A stretch of 64,000 nt of DNA, taken from positions 122,432 to 186,431 of the forward strand of contig NIVC01001637.1 of NCBI GenBank assembly GCA_002269645.1, in the 5' to 3' direction. The DNA is from Macrostomum lignano. Its lineage: Eukaryota. Positions 55,995-64,000 of this stretch are shown here, one piece after another. The notes beneath the pieces were generated by a model. The model saw only the letters and a list, made by a program, of their open reading frames with translations. It did no database searches and was not told the origin of the DNA. Position 1 is the stretch's first letter; each line of letters begins with the position of its first letter. A program made the position numbers and the translations under genes.

Positions 55995-56719
55995 AGTAAA
56001 ACAAAGACTCAAAATAACTGCGAATTCGATTAGCAGTTATGCTTCAGAATCTGAAGATTTGTGCCATTTTATCTTTTTTTGACGATGAGGATGTTTTTTG
56101 AAAATTCGTTAACAATCTTTGCAAGTAAAAAAACGGTAGCGAATGAAGTATTAAAATTTTCCATTCAAAATTCTAACTCCGCTCATTCATGTAAGAGTAA
56201 AAAACGTACAACAGTTTTTTTTAAATCACTCGTACGGTAAGTTTAGAATCGTTGAATAAATGTTTTTTTAGACTTAAAGAAGTCTTTTAGACATCACATC
56301 AAATTATAAGCTAAAACTATTAGACATTCTTTCTTGGGTTCTCTAAATTTAAATCACATACTATCCTAATAATTCTATTCCACCGTCAATTGCATGTATG
56401 AAAAATCATAAATAAAAGTCCAAACTGGTAAGAAAAAAATTAGAATCGCCATAAACCGTTAGATAAACCGTTTAATGGCCCTCTCGAAGTTCCTCGACAG
56501 ACAGACAATTTTGACAGCTTTTATGCCTTTTACTAGACGTGAAATTCTTTGCCTGTTATATCTAAAGTCAATAAGTGATTTATTTTAGCGATTCATAATT
56601 AAAACTAAAAGAAAACAAGATTTGAATAGCTTTTAACAAATATGCTCATCCTTGCTTGGCCTAGCCATGCAACACTTTTGTCCTTTACAACACAGTCTTC
56701 CTTTTGTTGCCTTTCGACC

Positions 56720-57058
56720 GACATTCCAATGGCGATATGAACAGCAGTGACGTTTGAGAATTGTCAGGAACTGTGAGCTTTATGACATAATGAGTCACTG
56801 TTCCGCAGGAGAGTCACGTCTCTTGAAAGCAGTCCCTGTCCAAAGTGTCTCAAATCAGCTCCTGATGCTGATTAGATTAATCGAAATCTTTGAAGCAAAA
56901 CGGAGACTGCGAGTACATGATGTGTCACAGACTGAGTTCGCTTCTCGCTGTACTTATAACCATCGACATTCAGTTTGATGTTGGCTTCCAGCTGTATTTG
57001 ACATTTTTTGCAGTTTCTCTTTCTAGTTCGAAACAGTTCAAATAAGCATTGAGGCTTT
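56720..57058 (-). pseudogene. Decayed ankyrin-block paralogue fragment
   Basis: Minus-strand pieces QIQLEANIKLNVDGYKYSEKRTQSVTHHV, ELI*DTLDRDCFQET*..GTVTHY, LTVPDN and TAVHIAI match the N-cap and first repeats of the ankyrin blocks at 61-64 kb (QQLDSNFDLSVGGYKDFSKEEKTQSVAHHV; DALSEDCFKEKTKSGKTVTHY; LTIPDN; TAVHLAI). The copy has stops, frameshifts and deletions. Confidence 0.7.
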
Positions 57059-57176
57059 TTGAATAAAGTTTTTTATGCAATATTATCCTTCATAAATCAA
57101 TTCTAAGAAAAAACTATCGGTGTAAATTAGCTGGCGATGGATTATGTTGCTTTAATAACAATATAAAGTCTTAATA

Positions 57177-58229
57177 TCGCTTTTGACAATCTAATTAGGA
57201 CGTCATATTAGACATTAAAGCCAGGCCACAGACCGGGGCTGCTGGTAACACACAAACATAGAATGTGGAATGGACAATCCAAATTGGAAAAGCCATTCAA
57301 AACGGGAATGTGCCAACTTTAATGTATTTCTTATCATAGGGCCATTGGAATATTTAAAAGCGCTCAGTCAGCATTTCAGACATTTCCTTGAGCGTCAATA
57401 AGGATTTTTATCGAGTTTCTCAACCAAGAATTCTCTCATCTCCCGATCGGCCTTGCACAATTCTTCTTTCCGACCACCGCGAGGAAGGGATTCCACTCTG
57501 TCACCGAGTCGAAAGTTGGCAGCGATTCGGAATGCGGTTGTTTTCTTGATTTGCAAGATTCTTACAGCTCCTGCAATGGATGACCCTTGTTCAATCTCTA
57601 TTGGTGGCGCCATGAATCGGATCGCTTCCAGGCCAAAAACGAGCAAACAGGGGAGGCAGGGACAGAGATCTATAAAATCTTAAACCACTTTAAAGCTCAC
57701 TTTCAGGGAGGTTATTGACATAGATTTTATTTTGCGGGATTTAATCGATCACTTTCCCGGACATATTTCAAGGATTATTGTATGTATCTAAATAAGCGAG
57801 CTTCTCTCTTCTCTTCCTACGTGACACAATAAATTTCTTAATGAAATTTTGTCTATGGTAAGAATGTGGAGGCTTCGCCCCACACCCCCAGCAGGAGCTT
57901 CGCCCCACACTCCCATCCCCAACTTCAACCATAGACATACAAGTATGGCTCTCGGGATTTAATCACATACCGACCTCAAACCCATAGAATATCTTAATAC
58001 TTAGTCCCATTCCCGTTTTGAATGGCTTTTTCCCATATTGAATGTCCAAAGTTATAGTCTATGGCCAAACCTCCCTTAGTAGACTTTGCTAAACTGCTTA
58101 AAGTCCATGACTAGGCTGTGATTTTTGGCCCGGCTTGAATGTCTATGGCGTCCCGTTTTGATTGTCCAAAATGCCAAAATTTTGATTGTCCAAAATGCTG
58201 ACCGATCCCATTTAGATCGTCCAAAGCGA
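57177..58229 (-). mobile_element. Non-autonomous, internally deleted IS630-Tc1-mariner DNA transposon (about 1.05 kb)
   Basis: TA at 57175-76 and 58230-31. The outer TIR tcgcttttgacaatctaa matches the reverse complement of ttagatcgtccaaagcga at 16/18. Inner inverted blocks also pair (57208-57228 with 58125-58145; aaaagccattcaaaacgggaatg near 57290 with 58008-58030). Internal minus-strand transposase HTH remnant at 57360-57600: GSSIAGAVRILQIKKTTAFRI..LPRGGRK..REFLVEKLDKNP/LTLKEMSEMLTERF. No DDE domain seen. Confidence 0.8.
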
Positions 58230-58316
58230 TATCACATAGAAATACGACTCTACGAGTATATTAGCTAGCTAACAGTTAGGCTGTAAGTGCATTTCTAGAA
58301 TAGAACAAGGTAAGTC

Positions 58317-59330
58317 TCAGTCTGTAGTCAGGAACCTGTGCCTCATCAAGTGTGCCGCGGACTTTCTCAGAGTTCGGTCTTTGGCGGTGCAACAGCTGTA
58401 GAAATCCTGCAGATCTGGGGAGCAATCAGCTGACAGAGCGGGGGCTCCGTCGTTCGACAGCTTCATGGCCATTTTCAGCAAGCTTCTGGTGTCGGCGTGA
58501 GGTCTTGCTCCGGTGGCCATCTGGAAGACCGAGCAGCCGAACGCCCAGATGTCGGCACTTTTGCTGTATAACGTTTTGTCTGATTCACCCGATCCCAGTA
58601 ACTCAGGTGCCATAAAGTTTAGAGTGCCCTTGGGTGTTTGAGAAGAGGCTGAGATGTGACTGACTGACTGCTCCAGCTTGATTGACAGGCCGAAATCGAT
58701 CAGCTTGATTCGTGAGTTGCCGACAAGAACTATGATGTTGGTGCAGTTGATGTCTCTGTGAATCACAGGTGGCTCTTGGCTGTGCATGTAGAGCAGGGCA
58801 CTGCAGATCTATAATCGTTTTTATTGAGCAGCATTTGGCATTGGATCTAGTCTAGTAGAGTCAAATGTCGTAAGGAAGAGATTTGAAAAGGCAATCAAAG
58901 CGTACACTCGTATTGCACAATACAAAACAGATCTGACCAGAGCAGTTACATGGGAAAACTTTTTACCTGTTTACTGAAATGACGAACCGTTTTTTCATCG
59001 AGTGGTTTGTTGTTAATGTAATTCTCTAAGGTGCGACCGTCCAGCAACTCCATAAACACGACGAGTGTCGCTGGCTCGGGCTGAGCAACGTCCAAGAACT
59101 TGACAATGTTGTCGTGCTGCAGACGGCGCAGGTTCTTCTCACTCTCGACAGCTCCGTTGACCTCTCTTTCAAGAGTTTCAAGCTCATCGCCAAGCTGGAT
59201 GGGCAGCTTGAGAGTCTTTGTAGCGCATCGGATGCCCTTGTCGGTGATGACTTCGTGGATTTCGCCAAAACCTCCCCTGCCGATGAGTCTAACCGAGGTC
59301 CAGCTTTCCTGGTAAAGTGGCTCCTCCGTG
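58317..59330 (-). CDS. C-terminal protein kinase domain (two exons)
   Basis: All subdomains I-XI are recognisable across the intron at 58809-58966. Confidence 0.88.
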
Positions 59331-62300
59331 CTGCATAGGTACAAATTATTATAGATGAAAGTTTTTTTCAGCATTGTGCTCATTTTTTACCTTATTTTTA
59401 CCTAGCTTTGACTTTCCGCGTGGGAAAATCAAAATACGCTGTTGCATTCTTATGTTAAACTAATTCTGACTCAAGTGGCTGAAATCTCTCAGTATGCTAT
59501 CGCTGAATAGCCTTTTATCCATGCTTTAGTTAGAATTTTTTCTCATGAAAAAAACTGACCGATTCCTGAATCTAAAAAGCACTTGAATGCCTCTTTCTAC
59601 CCGTACTGACGTCCGTTTTAGCAGACAAAATAGCAGTAAACTCGTACTTAGGCGGTAGTCATACTCGTAGGTACAGTATATTGCATTGACCCATGGCACT
59701 CAGATACGAGTACTCACACTTGATTTTACAACGACGACACAGATCTCTTTATCACCAGGAATGTACAGACCAAAGACCACTAGAAGTTACCGTTGCATCA
59801 GCGGTACGCTCATATAACGACGATACGAAGATAACTTCTAGTGGTCCTTGGTACAGGCTATGTGTCTTTTTTGTTGGTGATGCTCATGGACGTGAAATGT
59901 TCAACGAGCTTGAATCCTGATATCTGAGAGCGATTTCAAGCTCAATACCACACTCGGACTTTCACAAAAGTTCGACTATCTGCATTATACAAAAAATGAA
60001 CCCTCACTCACCTTGAGGGTGTGCTTCCTGAGCTGTGCTGCAGCATCTCCGAGGAATTTTTCACCCTCTTTGCGTCAAATTCCTTGCAGCGTCGATAAAA
60101 TTTCGACAGAGCAGTTACCAGTCGCATAGAAGGCTTCGGCATCGCAGAGTCGGTCAGGGTGAGCATCGGGATCTGGAACATCGCAGCATCCCCGCTTGGT
60201 TGCTGCGTTTCTTTTAACTCAAACACCGCACATCCGAGTAGCTCGGGTGCCGTGGTGTGGTTGGTCCCGCTCGGGTTCGTGCTGAGTCCGCAGCTGGCCA
60301 CGATCTCCTTGGCCTGAGGAAAGTCGATAACCTTGATAAGACCGTCAGTAGTGATCACGATGTTTGAGCACAATGCACTGCTGTGCGCAGTGAAATGTCG
60401 TTGGCGATCTAGACATCTGAGGCCCGAGCAGACCTAGAATTTGGTGTTGAGCTAGGGTTCATTGTGCCTGTCTAATCGCAAATAGAATCACTGTTTAAGA
60501 ACTTTTAAAAGCAGATTCATTTATTAAATATTTGAACCAGTTTTTAGCTCACATCATTGCAATTTAATATCTGTCACTTAAAAAGAGCAATACGTTAATA
60601 TCGTCAAAGTCAAACAGAATAGAGTCAAATTAGCTCCAAGACACGGAGCTTTTGTAATTAAACTAACCTGACGCGCAAACTCTGCTACATCCACCTGTGG
60701 AATCAGGTTTAGCTGTCTCTCTATCAACTCAAATAGGCTGTGTCCGGAGACAAGCACATCGAGGCTGTAGAAACCGCCAGTCTTCAGGAACTCACACTTG
60801 AGAAACTGCGGATGCTGGTGGGATAAATAATATCTTTGACTGCTCGTATTTCTATTTCTAATATTTTCAGTTCTAACGACTTTTTGGCGAGAATCTTGGT
60901 GGCTGCAGTCTGGATTTGGTCAGCAAGAGTCGTGTACACCTTGCCGAATTCGCCAGAGCGAATGATCGGCTTTTTCAATGGCTGAGGTACTGTTCTGGGC
61001 TTTTGAACTGTTGATGCGGTACTGCAATTGTTACTTTTGTTCATACTGTTAGTAGCGCGAACACTGCAAGATTTTTGGGAATATTTTATTTGTGCCACCG
61101 ACGTTCGACCATCTTCGAACTTTCGAACATTCGGACGCGGCCCTGGCTGATTAGGCTTTTTTGGTGACTTCTCACCGGCCAACCAAGACAGCTTTCTGAA
61201 TTTCCTATCACTATGCTTGTCCATTCTTACGTAGTCAGAAATGTTCTCTCCTTTACTGTTCTTCAGAGCAAACATCTGATGTCCAAGTTGGTCGGCCAGA
61301 TACTGCAGCAACTCGGCTGACTGGTGCTGGGCAGCCAGATGGACGGCTGTGTCTCCGTGTTTGTCGCGAACTGTAAGACACTGGGATCCGCACTCTTGAA
61401 CAAGCCATTCAAGATTTATGTCATTTACGAGATTTGTAGCAGCGCAATGAACGGCCGTTCTGTCTCGAAAGCCTTTCATTCGATACAAGCATTCACGCCC
61501 GAGCACTATCTTTATCAGTTGCAACGAATCGACGCCCTGATATTGAGCGGCAAGATGTACGGCCGTGTTTCCGTCTTCGTCGGGAACTGTGAGACAGTCG
61601 CAGCCTAACTCTCTGATGAGCCACTCAAGTGGTGCTGTGCTATCGGAATTCATCGCAGCAAGATGAAAAGGCGCTCTTTTATGGTGACCAACTCTTTGTT
61701 TGAAGCAGTCAGTACCAAGTTCTTTTTTTATCAGTTCCATTGAATCGACACCTTGACACTGAATAGCAAGGTGGACTGCGGTATTGCCATCCTCGTCAGG
61801 AATCGTGAGCCAGTCGCGTCCAAATTTTTTCACAATCCATTTCAATGCGGCATTGCTCACCTTGTTCATGGAAGCATAATGAGTTACCGTTTTGCCAGAT
61901 CGGGTCTTCTTGTTGAAGAGGAGATCATTTTTCAGTGAGTCTTGAAGTAGCACCATCCACGAGTCGGTGCGGTACTTTGCAGCCAGGTGCACAGGTGTCT
62001 CCCCACAATCGTTCGTGCAAGTCAGACATTCTGCTCCGAGCCTGTTAATCAAGGCCTTCAAACACAGCGGACTGCGCGACTTGCAGACTACGTGATGGGC
62101 CACGGATTGAGTTTTTTCTTCTTTGGAAAAGTCTTTGTAGCCACCGACGCTCAGATCAAAGTTGGAGTCGAGCTGCTGGAAAAGCCGCTGCAGCAGTTCC
62201 TCATCTCCTTTTTCCAGCGCTGCTCGCAGCCGGGACTCATAAAGGCTTCTGCAATCGAAATGTAATGTCGGTAGATTTAAGATTCGCTGGTCAATGTTTA

Positions 62301-63997
62301 AAGCTAAAAAATGAATTTTATCGGCTTCATAATTGAAGTCTTCACAGCTAACAACACGCGTTCCAGGTATAAAAATTTTCTCTGCCAACAAAATATGGGA
62401 TATTGATTAACTCACCGACTCGAATAGTCATTAGTTGCAGTTGCTGTAATTGGTTTATGGCACACCTGACTAGGAGCTGAATCAGGCTTCATTGACAGCT
62501 GGCTGGCAATCCAAGCCCGGTTCCTGGCTCTGCGGTCTGCATCGGCAGCCTTCTCCACAAAGTCAGCCAATGTCTCTCCTTTATTGTTTTTCAAGGAGAA
62601 AATCAGTGGCCCAAGTTGGTCAGATAGAAACTGGAGCGACTTATCGACTGATACTGGGCAGCAAGATGGACGGCTGTGTTTCCGTCACTGTCGGGCACTA
62701 TCAAACAGTCTTGTCCTAACTCATCGACGAGCCACTCGAGTGTTGCGCAACTTGAATTTAAGGCAGCGTAGTGGAATGCTGTTCTGCTCCGAAAGCCTTT
62801 AATATCAGGAAAGCAGCCAGAACCGAGCACTCTCTGTATCAGATTCATGGAATCCACACCTTGATGCTCTGCAGCTAGATGGATAGCCGTGTGTCCTCTT
62901 TCATCGGCAACTGTGAGACAGTCACTTCCGCATTCTTTTACAATCCAAGCTAGCGATAAGCTACTTGTTGGATTCATAGCTGCAAAGTGAATTGCACTCT
63001 GCTTGTCACGGTTTTTCAAATGAAAACATCTTGAACCGAGCTCTTTCTTAATCAGCTCCATCAAATCAGTGTCTTGGTATTGTGCAACCAGATGAACCGG
63101 TGTGTCTCCAAATCTGTCTTGAACCGTTAGGCTTTCGGGTCCACACTCCTTGACAAGCCATTTCAGTGTTTCGCTGTTCACATTGTTAGTAGCAGCGCAG
63201 TGAACGGCCGTCCTGTTTCGATTACCTCCTTTTTGAAGGAAGCATTCAGATCCTAACTCACTTTTTATCATTCTCATCGATTCGACACCTTGAGACGCAG
63301 AGGCGAGAAGAACAGCCGTGTTTCCGTCTTCGTCAGGAATTTTAAGACATTCGGATCCGAACTTTTTGACTAGCCATTTAGCACCGCATTGGTTCCAATG
63401 TTTGTAGCAGCACTGTGAAAAACTGTTCTATTCCGATAACCTGCCAGGTCCTTAAAGCAGTCGGTTCCGAGCTCTCTCTTTATCAGTTCCATCGAACCGA
63501 CGCCTTGATACTCTGCGACCGTGTGGACGGCTGTGTCTCCATCATTGTCAGGAATTGTGAGACAATGGCGTCCCAGCTGTTTTACGAGCCACAAAAGCGA
63601 CGAGTTGTTCACCTCATTCATGGCTGCATAGTGAGTCACTGTTTTACCCGACTTAGTCTTCTCCTTGAAGCAGTCCTCGCTAAGAGCGTCTCGAACCAGC
63701 TGAATCCAAGAGGCGTCCTGGTGCTTAGCAGCCAGGTGCACAACGGTTTCGGCCCAGTCGTTTCTGCAAGTCAGACAGTCGGGTCCGAATTTCTCAATCA
63801 GGAGCTTCAGGCACTGCAGATTGCGCACCTTGCAGACCACGTGATGCGCAATCGGCTGAGTTCGTTCCCGATTGACGAAGTAGCTGTAGCCGCCAACTGT
63901 CATCTGGCAGTTGGTTCGAAGCAGAGGAATGAGTTGTTGCAACTGTCCATCGTCTCTTGCTTCAAGAGCCTTTCTCAGAGTTGACTCCATTAGGCTG
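58317..63997 (-). CDS. Ankyrin-repeat block x2 + pseudokinase + Ser/Thr kinase (STE11/MEKK-like); three 1-nt frameshifts; 5' end probably outside the window
   Basis: Phase-consistent minus-strand exons: about 63997-62416 (frameshifts near 63378 and 62641), 62248-60668 (frameshift near 60826), 60433-60012, 59330-58967 and 58808-58317 (TGA). About 12 + 8 ankyrin repeats (GNTAVHLAA type). Kinase 1: RSGEFGKVY, ATK, HSS in place of HRD, DFP in place of DFG. Kinase 2: GRGGFG, ATK, HRDINCTN, DFG, GTLNFMAPE, DIWAFGC. Confidence 0.75.
60012..60975 (-). CDS. Pseudokinase domain (two exons)
   Basis: Colinear with kinase 2 and with the intron at the same position (FARQ|VCSGL versus FSKQ|ICSAL). It lacks the catalytic Asp, has DFP, and subdomain IX is largely deleted (APELLG|CAVFEL). 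Confidence 0.7.
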
Positions 63998-64000
63998 CTT

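Noticed and set aside
59714-59925. Possible extra exon between the pseudokinase and the kinase
   Set aside because: It has splice-like ends but stops in all three minus-strand frames, and the flanking exons already join in phase.
63415-63984. Plus-strand ORFs antisense to the ankyrin, kinase, androglobin and nAChR exons
   Set aside because: Shadow ORFs of GC-rich coding sequence on the opposite strand.

Overview
This is eukaryotic (animal) genomic DNA with spliced genes, GC-rich exons, short AT-rich introns and very abundant micro- and minisatellites. The style suggests a free-living flatworm such as Macrostomum (inference only). I found no rRNA, tRNA, CRISPR array or prokaryotic operon. Genes reconstructed by hand from GT-AG boundaries and exon phase: (1) the 3' part of androglobin (+, 339-16454; calpain-like region, circularly permuted globin, IQ motif), with what look like two homologous alternative last exons; (2) the last exons of a death-domain protein (-, 19370-20457); (3) a single-coding-exon type I membrane protein with signal peptide, degenerate CUB, LDLa, TM and Pro-rich tail (+, 39733-41103); (4) an alpha-type nicotinic acetylcholine receptor-like subunit with an altered aromatic ligand box and an apparent frameshift before M4 (+, 46623-55682); (5) an ankyrin-block x2 + pseudokinase + STE11/MEKK-like kinase gene (-, 58317 to window end), with three single-base frameshifts. 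A decayed third ankyrin block (56.7-57.06 kb) and a TA-flanked, internally deleted IS630-Tc1-mariner element (57177-58229) lie next to gene 5. About 30 tandem arrays fill introns and intergenic space and account for most long ORFs in the supplied track. All four frameshifts are repaired by adding one base, which is compatible with long-read consensus error. Comparisons with human or other proteins are from memory and need checking by alignment.
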